Shown here: positions 27,301 to 40,671 of the stretch, in pieces
How positions within the stretch are numbered: the first letter of the stretch is position 1
Layout of the letters: each line of letters opens with the position of its first letter
Source: Monocercomonoides exilis PA203
Taxonomy: Eukaryota; Protista; Preaxostyla
NCBI GenBank assembly: GCA_001643675.2
Contig: LSRY02000057.1
Coordinates: 186,001-250,000, forward strand
DNA: 64,000 nt
Reading direction: 5' to 3'
Notes under the pieces: model-generated
The model's database searches: none
What the model saw: only the letters and a program-made list of their open reading frames with translations
Told to the model about the DNA's origin: nothing
Translations under genes and position numbers: made by a program

Positions 27301-30300
27301 TGGAGTCACGCCAAACATGCAGTCTTGCAGGGTGCACCCTCTCATCGAGCATGTCCCATTTGTTGTGACAATTAGCGAAAACTCAACAACAGCCCCAGAC
27401 TCCATAGCAAATGTGCAGTTATTCAATTGAAGAATCCCACTCGATGCCACAACTGATTTCACGCTTGGCTCAAACGCCGATGGCGTTTCCATCCTCAATG
27501 ATTGGAGCATCAGAGATGAATCCGATGTCAGAACAGACATATCTACACTTCCTCTGATAGTTTCAGCAAATCTGATGACTTTTTGCTGTATTTCATCTCC
27601 TTCCTTCCCCAGCCCTTCAATTCTCAGTGCACTTGAAAATGCGAAGAAATCCATGATTTCTCCTTTGTCCTTCACCCACAATCTTCCCTCTCCCGCAATC
27701 CCGCTTCCATCAACATGCCCTATCCCGCTCCAAATTGTACTGCACGGATATGCCTCGCTTCCGCACCCTGCTGTATCATATCCTTCTGCAGACACATGCA
27801 CTTCCCCCGCCTTTCTTTCAACAACAAACAGCCGAAGATCCACACACTCTCCAAAATACTCTCTATCCACCCCCTTCATGTCAACTCCAACCTCATCATC
27901 CCCATCACACTCAAAGGCCAGTCGAGCAGCACTCACACTCTCGTTCAGCACCTGGCACATGATAAATAAATCATTCCCTTCATGTGCCTCGTTGCCTTTG
28001 AACTTCGTTCCAGACAACAGATAGTTTTCAGCGCATCCATCCCCCAATCCCATGAATATCCCTCCTCCTCTCCCGCTTTCTTTCTCCGTCTCACACTTCG
28101 TCATCCATGATAGCTCCACTGAAAATGCTTCCTCCCCCTCCATTTCGCTCTCCACACATCCACCCCTGCTGCTCTGTGTTCTGATCTCTTCAAAAACACA
28201 GTGCTCACATATCCTCAGGCGCGATCCCTCTTTCGATGTGATCAGTGCACCTGCATTCGTCCTGCATCCCCTTGCAGTTGTGTTTTTCAGCACAATATCA
28301 GATCCCGCTCTTCCATCAATCATCCCCTTTCCGTCTGTGTCCACACTGTTAATGCTGCTGTTCTCAAAAGTCACACCACAACCCCTGCATGCAACAACAC
28401 CTCCTCCAACAAATTCAACCCCACTGATTTCTGTCCTGTCCATCCGAACAACCCCACCTTTCCCAATCACAATCCATCTCCCACAGCTGTTTGCCCCACT
28501 TTCTGTGCACACAAATACACAATCGGCAAACGAGCACTGTCCGACACCGACTTCCACAACTGACTGTTCTTCAGATGCTCCAGAATAGGCATCCGGGAGC
28601 ACAAACTGAAGAAATGAGAATGTCATGTATGTCAGTGCTTCCCCCTTCACAAGCTCAAACTTCCCACTCTCTTCCACACTCATATCCTGTTTCTCTCCAT
28701 TCCCTTGTATTGTCAGCGACTTTCCCTCTCTGTTGATTACTCTCCCCACACTTGCTGCTCCCTCCAACTCCATGATCACATGAACGTCCTTCAGCCGCTC
28801 AAACCCCACATCCACAGACACACACGGGTTTTCTCTCAGCCCGCAATTCTCCCTGGCATTCCCTGTACCGCTCACAAACATGTATGAACTCAGCGATGGA
28901 AACAGGTAATTAATGATCGAGTCTTCCTTTCCCGCCTCAGTCAGCTCCTCCACCCACATCTTCTTCTGCGCTGTTTCGTTCGTTGCAGATCCATGCCACA
29001 ATGCTGGCAGAATCACCAGCCACGGCGAGTCGCACACCAAAAACACATCCTCCCCCTTTTCTGCAACATTGTTTGTGAACTCGTTCATCTTCATAGAATA
29101 CTCTATCTTTGTTGTTTCAAACACCACATGCACCCCTCCCCCCTTTCCGCTGTCCGACGGCACCCCACATCTGTCCACTTTGTTGTGCTCAAACACGAAC
29201 TTCCCCCCATCCCCCACACTCACCATTATCCCTCCTCCAAATGTGTAATCTGCTTCGCTCTCACACCTCTCAAACACACAGTTCTCAATCTCCCACGCTC
29301 TCCCACTCCCCACTTTCCCACTCATCACTCCTCCATTCCCTTCGTATCTTCTCACCTCGCACAATGTGCCGTTCCTCATCTCCAACCCCATTTCCTCCAA
29401 GACGCCAATCTCGTTCCCATTCCCAAAATTCGTCTCCTTTATTGTCGTGTTTCTAATGCTCACAGCATTTCCTCTTCTCATCTCCAACACACTCCCTTCG
29501 TCTTCTCTCCCCGTGTTTCGAATCGTCACCTCCTCAAATTCCACTTCAACTTCGCTCCCATCAGCAACAATTAGCCCACATCCTCTCATTGTCACTTCTT
29601 CAAATCTGCACTTCACAAGCTCCATTTTTCCTCCTTTCCCCTTCAAACATTCCACACACATATATAATGCTCCTGCCTCTGTGCAAAACGAGCATCCTTC
29701 AAATCTCAGAACACCATCGCTGCACATGAACAGACATGTTCGGGCTGATCCCTCAAACGACCAAGCACAAAACATCAGAGAGTGGAATGTGATTTTCTCC
29801 TTCGTCTCGACAAAGCATTCTTTCGCTCCTCCTCCAACTTCTCCTTCTTCTCCATCGCTTTCTTCTCTCACCACAATACGTTCCATTTCCACTTCTCCGT
29901 CAATAACCATTGGCTGCGCATCCAGTGTCATTTCTTTGTGAATCGTGAAAGTGCTCATCAGCCGCAATACTGCTGGTGCTCTAGCCCCAAACACCGCTGC
30001 TCCTGCATAAGGCACTGAAGAGCATGGAAAGTCGGAATACCCGCAGCTCGGATAGTCCATCCCGCCATTTTCCCCATACACATACCCCACACTCGGCTTT
30101 TCCCGAAAGAAAGGCACAATGGGGATCACCTCTGAAACCCTTCCGTTCTCGATCCCCATCAGCTCGCTCAAATTCGGATTGTCCCCAACATCTTTCACAA
30201 ATGAGAAATTAAACGAAACCTCACTCACCACTTCCGACAGATTCTTGCACTCCGCCATCACATTGCTCCCGCCATTCATGGCATCGTTTGCAGAGCCATC

Positions 30301-33300
30301 CACCCCAAATGTCACATCAATTATCCCAAAATCTCCTCCCCCTTCCTCACATCGCAACAGAAGTCCCCCTCCATAGCCTCCAACACGCCCTTCTCCACCT
30401 GCCCTGCATCCTCCAACAAATGTCACATCATCCCCACCCCCAATCCTCACCTTCCCTGTTCCTCCCACAACCACATTCATTCCTCCGCCACACCCCTTTG
30501 CTGTTCCACAACCCTCTATCCAAACATCACTCATTCTCATCTCCTTTCCGCTCCCAACAACCCCATTCACCACACTCCCATTCCCATCTGCCTGCATGAT
30601 CCCCTCAAATGTGCTGTTCTTCATTTCCAGCAGCCCTCCTTCCCGATCCCACGCAACCCCTCCCCCAGAATTGCTGCAGTGCTTCACACTCATGTTCACA
30701 GCTGTGAACGGACCCTCTGATGTGTACACAACAAGCCCGTATGCATCTGTGATCCGAACATTGTTCATGTTTATTGAGTCAAGAATGCTCGCCACATTGC
30801 CGTTCGAGCTGATGAACGAAATCCCCTCAAACTCAACAGACTCGATGCTGAACCCAGTGATCGATAGATACCCACTGCTCTGACTCACAAACGAACACTT
30901 GCATCTGCCAGCAGATGAGCCGCACACAGCTGAGCAGTCTTCGATCCAAAGCTCACTTCTGTCTCCGCTCACCAAAAATATGCTTGATTGCGCCAGTGGC
31001 AGTGCTGCTGGAAGGACACACAAGAACTGATAAAACCTCACATATGAGCCAATCCCAATCATGCATGTCCCGCTCGATTCATTCCCAACCATCTCCATTC
31101 GTGTCTTCGAAGCTGCCCCACAGAAGTCGTATCCCTTACTTGCACTCAGCGATACACTCTTTTCAAACAGATACGAGTCGCCAAACGCCAGAGCATGCTG
31201 TTTCCCGATCACACTCCTCACAGCATAGTCCACACACTTGCATCGAAACTGCTCATGCCCACACACAACCACATCATGCCCGTCGTTCCCCATGTGCACG
31301 CATGGTAGATCATCACACAGATAATACATCAGCGGAATCATCAGATCGCTCCACTTCGAATCCACTCCCATTGCTGCTCTTGTGCTTCCTGTCAACGGAA
31401 TTGCAAACAGGATATGCTCTTTTATGACACTTGCTTTCAGGTCAGGAGATACCACAAATAGGTCAGCTCCGTATTCTGCTTGGTTTGCCTCAAATGCAAG
31501 GGGTTGCTGACAGATCAAACAGCACAGCTGCATCCAGCACATTCAACAGCAAACCCCCACCTTTCCCGTTTGTCCCGCCTTCTGAGGGTGCCTGACATCC
31601 TTCAAACTGTGTCGACGATACATGAAGCTCACACGGCACATCCAGCATAGCATATACTCCTCCTCCACAGCTTCCGTCTCCATCCACTTTGCAGGCGCTG
31701 AATGAGCAGTTCTCTATCCACACACTCTGCTTCCTCCCACACGCTTCATCCAGCTCCAGGCATGCCCCGTCTCCACCACTCCTGCCAATGCTCGTGAACG
31801 ATGTGTTTTCCATCTTCAGCGATGATCCCTCTGCAAAATGGATCAGCCCCCCCGACCCCAGTACAGCATTCGCAAAAGTGCTGTTGTGGATTGTGGTTGG
31901 GCTGCTTGTTGCCAGTTCAATGATCCCTTGGCTCCCACTTCTGCCCTCGCTGACTCTCATCTGGTTCATTGTCATCTGGTCGATGGCGCAGGTCCCGCTT
32001 TCATTCACAAGCACCACAAAACTTCCAAACGTCACTTCTCTCTCGCCTCCGCAGCTCACCCTCAGCATCTGCACACTCCCTCCACTCACACTCACAAACC
32101 CGTATTCCACCCCACTCCCACCCCTGGCCCCTTCAATCGCACAGTCGATGAATTTCACATCGCCTGCCGATGAATATGCAAATGTCGAGCTGCCGCCGAT
32201 CGAAGCCCCCAGCTCAAAGCTGATGTTAGTGAATGTGGCTGTGACACTGCTCATCACCAATGCATCCTGCACTTTCGGTCCTGCTGCCTCCACTTTCACT
32301 CCCTTGCTTTTGCTGCTCGCATCCACCTCATACGGCCCTTTGTCCAGCATCGTCTCCTCATCAAACACAAATGTCTCTGCCAGCCTCAATATCCGCTTCG
32401 AGTTCGGGAACCGATATGTCCCAGCGCTTCCGATCGTTTTGCACATGTAGTCTGCAAATCCACACAGCCTGAAGTCCATCCCCACTGTTTTCCCACCCAC
32501 ATATGCAGGTGGCTGGAACTCCCGCAGAAACAGAACCAGTGGGACAATCAGCCCTGCATTGCTGCTCTCCATCCCACTCAGCTCATCAAAGTCTGCTCTA
32601 TTGACACCGGTCTCTAGATTGAATCCGATTGAGCCGCTGTTCACAGCCGTCGACAAGTCTGGTGCTGCCACAAACATGTTCCTCCCTTTCCAGGCCTTGC
32701 ACTCCTTGAATGTGCACTTTTTTACACTGAACTCCCAATCACTTCCCGAGCACAGAAGATACACCCCTCCTCCTTTCCTTTTCGCGGCCTCTTCCAACGG
32801 AACACAGCACCCATCAAACCCCACTTCCGAATTGCCTCCTATCCTCACATGGCCTCCAGACTCCAGCGAAACAAATACACCTCCCCCGTTCCCACCTGTG
32901 CACACACAGTTCTTCAGCGTTGTGTTTTCCACGCCAACCTCACGCCCTCTGCCCACACTGACAGAGAGAACAGCCCCATCTCCATCTGTGCGCGTGATGT
33001 TCTCCAGCGTCGCATTCGCCAAGCTCGATGCCCCAGTGTCAGATGGCTCTTTCTCGCTGAACACCTCAGCTGACAGCGCCATGTTCTCAACCCTTGTGCT
33101 TTCCATTCGCATCTGAGACAGATATATCAAAAAGGGTGATGTGCTCACCACCAAGTCTGCTGTTCCCACATCCTGCGAGCTGATTGTGATGCAACACAGC
33201 GAGAGAGTGCCTGATGCCGAAGTCATCTCAAACAGCCGCGGTGATGGTGACACCCTGGATGTGTGCAGTATCTTCATCGAGGCGGCACTCAATGCCCCAT

Positions 33301-35086
33301 CCCCGATCCTCACCATTGCAGATGACCCTCCCATCAGCTCCGATTTCACTATCGTCCCGCTGCACCCAAGCCCATTCATCACAATCGTCTTTCCCCCCAC
33401 CTCCACCGTTCTTGCAATCCTGAATGTGCACTCCACCAGCTGCAGCCGCTGCTCCCCAACTGAGCCTGCCTGATCCACTGCATATTCCACTGTCTTGCAC
33501 CCATCCCACTCGTATATCCCACATCCAACCTCTTCTCTTCCCTCAACATCCACATATCTCCTCAGAATCCCCACACTCAGCCACTCGTTCTTTGTTCCAA
33601 ATCGAGAGTGCAATACACTGCTTCCACTTGTCTTCGTTGTGAATGACGACACACTCAGTGCTGTGGTCTCTGGCACATATGAAAACGAGTCCAGTATTGA
33701 CACATCATCTCCATTTCCATTCCCTGCTGTGTTGTTGTGGAAGAAACAGAAATACAACCATGGCTTTTCTGAAATCGTTCCATATGCATCCCGCCAGTAT
33801 ATGGTCAATGCTCCTCCTGCTTCTGAAGATGTTCCATTGAAAAACATGCATTCATGAATGGAAGAGGAATGAATGGAATTATGAAGCAATATAAAGCACC
33901 CATTTCGGGCTGATGACTTTTCACTTGTGAATTCACAATTTCTGATAACTGGGATTTCATTCATTTCATCTGATTGTCCAAAATTATACTCTTGAATACG
34001 CATGGCTCCATCTTGACTACTGGAGCAATCTATCAAATATGAATATTTCATTTCAACTTGAATCAAAATACAAAGCATTGCGAATGATCCAAGATATCCA
34101 GTGCAATTTATTCCCATGGAATTATTTATTAATACACTTTTTCCTGGATACACCATAACAGCTCCACCATATCTGCAGCATGTGCAATTGTCGAAGATGC
34201 AACTGTCAATAACAACAACTGTTTCTGAGTTTCCATGAATGCCAATGGCACCTCCACAAACAGATAAGTCCCAATCCTCTGAACTTTCTGAGTTCAACGC
34301 TGATGAAACATTATGCCATTCACAGTTTGAGAATGAGTGTGATCCACCATCAAAAGTCTTTCTCTCCATGTTGTTGTTCCCAGAAAATGATGTTTTGGCA
34401 CAGTTCATGAATGAGTTGTTGAACGATTGGAATGAAGCACCTGGGGCATTGACTGACTCAAATACACCTCCATCAAATGCATCATGCACAGACACAAAAG
34501 AGCAACTATTACCTCGTGTTTGCAATCTGTGAAATCTATAGGCACTGGGAAGGATATGATGTTTGCAAAAAGAAATGTTGCAGAATATGGAATTTCCCAC
34601 ATTAACCTCGGCTAGTGATGGTGATGAAAGAAATGGCGGGGACGAAACTGAGATTGATAAAAACATTGAGTGCTCAACAATCAGCATTCCAGATGATGAT
34701 GTTCTTTTGGAATATCTGAACTCATGCTCTTTCGGAGAGCCAACAAGAGAAGGCGAACTGATCTCTATGTTGTCAACAATCAGTGTGGCATTCATCAAGT
34801 GAAGGCAAGAATTCTCAACAAGGAATGGATGTTCATTGTGGCTGCTTCTGTCAACAATCTCAATCTTGGTGCCAACAACATTCGATGAGAAAATGCAGCA
34901 GACGGCACTTCCATCTCCTTTCTGCACAATTCTGATGTTTTCCAATCCACATGTTGAATTCGAGAAAATGATTGATCCTTCGATTGTGCTTTTCCTGCTC
35001 CCAATGTTGATGTTTACCAACTCATCAACTCTTTTTGATTCATCGTTTTTTTCAATGAATGTTGACAAAATAGATTGTACATTCAA
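21354..35086. repeat. Right arm (13,733 bp) of giant inverted duplication
   Basis: Mirror of 7512-21239. The unique spacer is 21240-21353 (114 bp). Confidence 0.97.
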
Positions 35087-35143
35087 ATAGCAACAAGATT
35101 CACAAATAATGATTATGAACGATTCGAATAAAACACTTGACAT
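22735..35143 (-). CDS. Giant receptor-like surface protein, copy B (~4,100 aa reconstructed)
   Basis: Three ORFs are involved. 35143-31490 and 31542-26209 are joined across one extra G in a homopolymer at ~31501. 26196-22735 is in frame after a single TGA at 26209-26211. Hydrophobic N-terminus MSSVLFESFIIIIC; GGA[IV] and FxxN motifs; TM; degenerate kinase. Confidence 0.85.
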
Positions 35144-35604
35144 TGTCTTCTGATAAAATTTATGTTAATATTGATAACAGAACGTTACGCCACAGTTGTA
35201 GTGTGTTTTTGAAGTGAAAATGAAACTTAGAAATATGGTTTCTTTCTTAATCATCAAATAATGGCATATGAGATATTAATGTTCTATATTTGTGATTAGG
35301 TTTATGTTTCAAATTAATCTTCGAAATGAAAATGAATAAGTTGTTATGTTATGGTTTATTCAAAAGATTTTTATGAAGTTTTCCATTATTTCCATAAAAA
35401 TGATTTATAATATAAAAGAAAAATAATGTTGCTTATGATGATAAAACAATTAACAGGCAATTGCCATTCCTTTTCTTTTGAAAAAAAAAATATGTTCAAT
35501 ATATTCAAATGGTAAAATTTGAGCTTCTGGAATTTCTTCATGATTTTGAAATACATTGATTCAAAAATATAATTTCCATTTGTTTATATGTTGCTTTTAA
35601 TTTA

Positions 35605-36014
35605 TATAGTGAGTGTTAATTATGGTGGACACTTTCAATAACTGTGGACAGTTGAATGATCTCAACAACTGTTGATAGTTGTATTTTGACAATTAACCAA
35701 ATTATTCCCTCATTGAATACAAACTTATAAGTCAAACTAAAATGAAACAACTCACTCCCTTGAATAAAGAAAGAGACATTTCAAAATTTCGGAGAAACTA
35801 AGAGAATCTGATTTCTCCGAGTTTCTTCGAAAATGAAAAATAAATTTAATATTATTTCATTGTGTTGGATGTGTGATTGAAACAATTCATATATGTTTAT
35901 ATTCAATGAAAGAATAATTGGGTTTATAGACAAAATGCAACGATCAATGGTTGTAAAGATAATTCCACTGTCCACAGTTATTGAAAGTGTCCACCATTAT
36001 TAACACTAACTATA
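35605..36014. mobile_element. Tc1/mariner-like MITE (~410 bp) with ~125-bp imperfect TIRs
   Basis: TATAGTGAGTGTTAATTATGGTGGACACTTTCAATAACTGTGGACAGT is mirrored at ...ACTGTCCACAGTTATTGAAAGTGTCCACCATTATTAACACTAACTATA. It has TA ends and an internal GTGGACA direct repeat. Confidence 0.8.
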
Positions 36015-36187
36015 CAGAAAATGGTGTAAGAATAGAATTAGTGAACAAAATATTTTTGGTTCTTTCAATCATTTTCGTGATCTATTGCTTTAAAGGTTAA
36101 ATAATATTGTGTTCTTTGTCTGCGCTTTGCATCTTCTGGACAAAACAAAAAAAATATTTTTGTCCAAAAATCATATAAAAAAAGGGT

Positions 36188-37350
36188 ATGATCACTATTT
36201 TTTATCGATCAAAAATCTGATGTCTTGGAAAAAGCTCTTCAAAAAGGAATGCCATGCACTGTATGAAATATTTTCATCTGAAGAATCATCCTGGAAATGG
36301 ATTCAACAACATTTTCCAAAGGAATTTGCAGTTTGCCAATGCTGCAAAAAAAGTCAAATATATCTGTCAAGGAAGGGGACATTCAAGATTCTTTAGGTGT
36401 CCAAAGTGCAAGAAAAGTGTTTCCTGACTCAAAAACATAACTTTGGAATCTTCAAAATTGCCTATTTCAACTGTGATGATGATTCTTTTGATGTTTTGGC
36501 TGGAAATCAAAGATTGGCAAATTGGAATGATGCTAAATGTATCTCAAATGACGATTGGATACTGGACAAGCGTTGCAAGGTCAACTGCGTTAAATTACTT
36601 GAATTACAGAAATGAAAAAATTGGAGGGGCTTTTTAAAATAGTGGAAATTGATGAAGCCGCATGGAGAAGACGGAAATACAAAAAAGGTTTTAACATCGA
36701 ATATATATTTAGTTTTCATTAATTTTAATTTATTTCAATTGAAAATAACTATTTTTCGAATTAGAAAAGCAGAAAAAATTAATGTGGATATTTGGAGCTG
36801 TCGAACGAAAAGGTGAAGATGAATTTGGAAAAAAATTTGTGGTCATTTTCCTAATCGAGAAAAAGAGACACTAATCCCAATAATAAAAAATCGAATCAAA
36901 GATGGAACAACAATAATCAGCGATGAGTGGAAAGCTTCCACTTGCTTATGAGAAACAGGTTACACCCACCAAACCGTCTGCCACAAACGTCATTACGTTG
37001 ATCCTGTTATGAAAGCCAATACAGACACAATCGAAAGAATGTGGACACATTTGCGATCTTTTTCCCAAATATCAGGAGTGAGAAAAGAAATACATTCCTT
37101 GAGTGCTTAAAACATTCATTGAGAAAAGATCAGGTTATCTATCCTACTGAGAAATCAAAGAAAAGGTTAAAAATTTTTAATCTGAAGATGAATTCTAATT
37201 GGAAATTGATGATTATGAAGTTGATGAAAACGAAGAAATTACTGATATGAATGAAATTTTTGGAATTAGAGATGAAGAAGATATAGAAGAAGAATATTGA
37301 CAATTAGAAAGCGAGGATTCACATCCATTTGAAGCTGGAATAGGAGAAGA
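36188..37350 (+). pseudogene. Merlin/ISXO2 transposase pseudogene with intron 36688-36764
   Basis: Zn-ribbon cysteines (CQCC...CPKC), VEIDEAAWRRRKYKK, MWIFGAVER, IISDEWKA, HQTVCH and NTDTIERMWTHLR are present, plus an acidic tail. It has frameshifts and stops. TIRs were not confidently found. Confidence 0.85.
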
Positions 37351-37499
37351 TTCTTCGGAATTTTAACCATAAATACAATTTCGAATGAAAATTTTTTATT
37401 AAGAATTTTTTGAATTTTTTTGTACACATCACTTTTCGCAAGATGTCTTGTAATGCGTATGAACAGAGTCATCAAATAGAACTATTGATATGATAAATA

Positions 37500-37740
37500 T
37501 GTCTGAATTTTTTTGAAAAGTTCCTTTTGTTTAATTTTCAAATAGAATAAAAATTTCGTATTTCGATCAAATTTTTGTTCCCACTTACAAAATTTCGCTG
37601 TTATTAAAACAATAACTTGACAGTGTTATTGTTTCCATCTTAGTGAAGTTTCGTTAATGAGAATCGATATTTGATTGAAAAATGAAATTTTTATTTTATT
37701 TGAAAATTAAACAAAAAGAACTTTTCGAAAATTTTCGACA
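37500..37740. mobile_element. Degenerate MITE/foldback relic
   Basis: ~80-bp imperfect inverted repeat (GAAAAGTTCCTTTTGTTTAATTTTCAAATA versus TATTTGAAAATTAAACAAAAAGAACTTTTC). The interior is similar to the 4956-5201 MITE. Confidence 0.6.
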
Positions 37741-38314
37741 AGAAAATTTTCAGAAACATTTGTCAATGTCATTTCACAACACAAGTGTTAAACTTCAAAC
37801 ATTTACATCAATTAGTGATTTTTGATGAATTATCGCACAATAAATATATATATATTTATATATTTATATATAAAAATTGAAAATCAACTTATAAATTCGA
37901 TTTGAAAGATGACATTGCGCAAATGCAATTGAAGCTCTTCATTAATAAAATGCCAACAAAATAATTTTGCTCACTTTATCTGACAATTGAAATTCAAAAA
38001 GTTATTTTTGTTGTTTTGAACGTTATTCATATTATAACAATTATCTTTGCATTTTTGGTGTTATCCAGTGATAATTTTTTGCAATTTATACACATTGTTT
38101 TCTAATTTTGTTTCATGTGCTTTTTTTGAAGTGAAAAACAAATGAAAAGTTGTTTGACTTTAAGTGTCCGGAGTCTGAAATTTTGCAACGAAAATCTTGG
38201 CAAGCACCAAACAATATATTACTTAATCACATGCAAAAAAAAAAAGAAAAAAAGAAAAATATTGTTCAAAGTCTTTTGAACAAAATTGAACCATAATAAC
38301 TTATCTTGAGAGAA

Positions 38315-39435
38315 ATGATTGTTTTGCTGATTATCTCTGCAATTTCATTGAATTATGCAGCTGTCAATTTAAAAAATTATGATTTGAGAGATTTGACTGT
38401 GTCGGAGTATGATTAAGAATTAGTTTTCTCTTTGGATTATATTAATTTTTAATTGTTATTATTTTGAAAGGGACAATCCTTATACCATAAAGTCTGGGAA
38501 TGATTCTTTCATATGGAATTTTAACAAAACGTTAAAGAAAACTGAAGAAGTTCCATTCGAAGACTGTATGGTTGTTTACATCAAAGAAAAAGAATCAAAT
38601 TGCCATGGAAGTTTAACCAGTCAAAGAGTTTCTTATCTGTCAAACGATCGAGGACTAAGCTTCACATGTTTGAAAATTTGCGATAAAAGAATGCAATACA
38701 TTTTATTGCTTTTTGAATATTAATTAGTGAATCACACTGTTCTAGGAAGAACCAGAACAGCTCAAATAAGTCTTCAATGTTCTAAAGATACAAAAACAAA
38801 CACTGCGAAAGTGGACGGGTTTATTTTTTTAAATTTAGTAATATTTCAAAATTGTTATCTATCAATTTATATATTTTTTATTTCTAAGAATACATGTGTA
38901 TATAACGATGAATCATCCAGCAGGGTGTAAACTTCCCGATCCAATATCATGGGGATCGGTTGGACTTATTGTATTTTTCGGTGGATTGCTTCTTTTCTTT
39001 CTTATTGGTATTCCTGTTCAAGTGTGCAATTTCTTTTCTAAGAATAGGTTTCTAATTCATATTTTTGTAATTGTTGCTTTCTTTCTCTTTAAATTCAAAA
39101 ATGTTGAAATGAACTGCATTTCCACTTTCCTTTGAAAACTTATACATTTTGATTCTTTAAAAGATGTGTCGAGGAAAAAGAGGGATGGAAATCGTTCCAT
39201 TCGTATTTTTTTGGGTTTCCATTCCAAGATTGGTTCAGGTTTGCAGTGAGCAATATTTTACAAAATTACAAAAGAACTTTGCAAATTTTTGTTATTTTGA
39301 AAAATTAACTTCCTTTTTCATTTTCATTTTATGTATATTTGCATGAAATTGATTTTTCAAAATTTGTAGATTGGTTGGGAAACTCTTTTCAGCCCATGTT
39401 ACACTTCCGCTCGCGGGTTCCAAGAAATGAAATAG
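38315..39435 (+). CDS. Cation-dependent mannose-6-phosphate receptor / ATG27-like type I membrane protein, multi-exon
   Basis: Signal peptide MIVLLIISAISLNYA, luminal cysteines (ISLQCSKD, HPAGC) and a TM (WGSVGLIVFFGGLLLFFLIGIPV). The tail GKRGMEIVPFVFFWVSIPRLVQIG matches the CD-MPR/ATG27 cytoplasmic signature. Stop TAG at 39433-39435. Confidence 0.7.
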
Positions 39436-39819
39436 ATTATCAAAATATCATTGCATATTTTTTTGCACTTCATTTTATTTTGTCTTATTCAACAATGTTC
39501 AATTTTTAAGTTTCCTGGGAATGTTCATTGTTGTAAGGACAATCTAGGAAATAAAGTTAATTTGTAATCTCATTATCATTGCTTATGAGCCAAAGATTAT
39601 TATTGATTTTAAAAAGTTGACTTTTATGTGTGGAATCAATGAATAATTATGTTGTATTCATTCAAACAATGATGTTTTCCATCTTCAATGTCTTTGCAGG
39701 CTTTTTGATAAATTTTTCGATTATTTCAATATTTGTATTCATAAAATTAAATGGCATTAATAAAAAATGAATTATGAAACAATGAACAATGAAGTGCTTC
39801 GAAATGAGTATTTGACATT

Positions 39820-40551
39820 TCATGAAAGAAATAGCTTCAAACGAAATGCATCTTCTCCAGTTGAGTAATACTTATAAAGAAATTTATGCCTTACGAATCC
39901 CAAACTCTTATTAATAGAACAAAATGTTGCATTAAACAAAAATTTTAAAAATTGTAGTTTTGAATTAAAAAATTTAAAATTTTTTTGATAAATCATCATG
40001 CCTCGTATAAACTAAGCGCGGATTCATTTTTAACTTCTGTTTCTAAAAAAATCTCAGATGCGCCTTTTCCTCTCATCAGTTCAATTGAACGAGAAACAAG
40101 CTCTTTTCCAATTCCTAATCCTCTAAATTCGTCTAAAACCGCAACCATTCCAATATTTCCAGATATTTTTTGCCCTCTAATCTTTAATCGATTTTCACAC
40201 GCAGCAATAAGTTGTCCATTATATTTAACCTTTTTAAACAAAAAGAAATAAAAACATGATTGTGAATTTGTTTTTTTTTTTTTATCATTTGCAATTACCA
40301 ATATATCAAAGAATATCAGCAAACAGTAAGAGATAAATCTTTGTTTTCCTATAAAAATAATTAATTTTCGTTGTTTGAAAAATATCAAAACAAAATGATT
40401 TTCATACAGTGAAGAAATATCTATGAGAAAAAATTGAATAAGGCTCAGATAAGGCTTTCTCCATTAATTTCATAATTCCTCTAATATCTTCTTCTTTGGA
40501 ATATGGGGAGTACTCTAATTTCTGTAAAATGTCTTTCTTTTCATTATCCAT
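39820..40551 (-). CDS. NAA30: N-alpha-acetyltransferase 30 (NatC catalytic subunit, MAK3), 4 exons
   Basis: LSEPYSIFSHRYF, GNIGMVAV..FRGLGIGKELV, LETEVKNESALSLYE and SLGFVRHKFLYKYY...DAFRLKL are NAA30/Mak3 signature segments. Confidence 0.92.
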
Positions 40552-40671
40552 TCAATAAAACTTATGTAATGGGGTGTTCCATAATCTAAAAATATTTATA
40601 TTGATAATTGACTTATTCGTCTGATTCAACAAGAATCTATATTAAAAAAATATTGAACAAAAAATAAAAAT
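40552..40671. promoter_or_regulatory. Putative bidirectional promoter between NAA30 and the GSK3-like kinase
   Basis: Only 120 bp separate the divergent ATGs (40551 on the minus strand, 40672 on the plus strand). Inferred from geometry only. Confidence 0.5.

Noticed and set aside
7463-35090. Dozens of antisense and alternative-frame ORFs rich in P/S/H/T
   Set aside because: These are shadow ORFs caused by the G-rich, stop-poor coding strand, and they are duplicated only because of the palindrome.
35263-37954. Candidate TIRs for the 36.2-37.3 kb Merlin relic
   Set aside because: The GGCATATGAGAT end at 35263 has no convincing partner or exact TSD.
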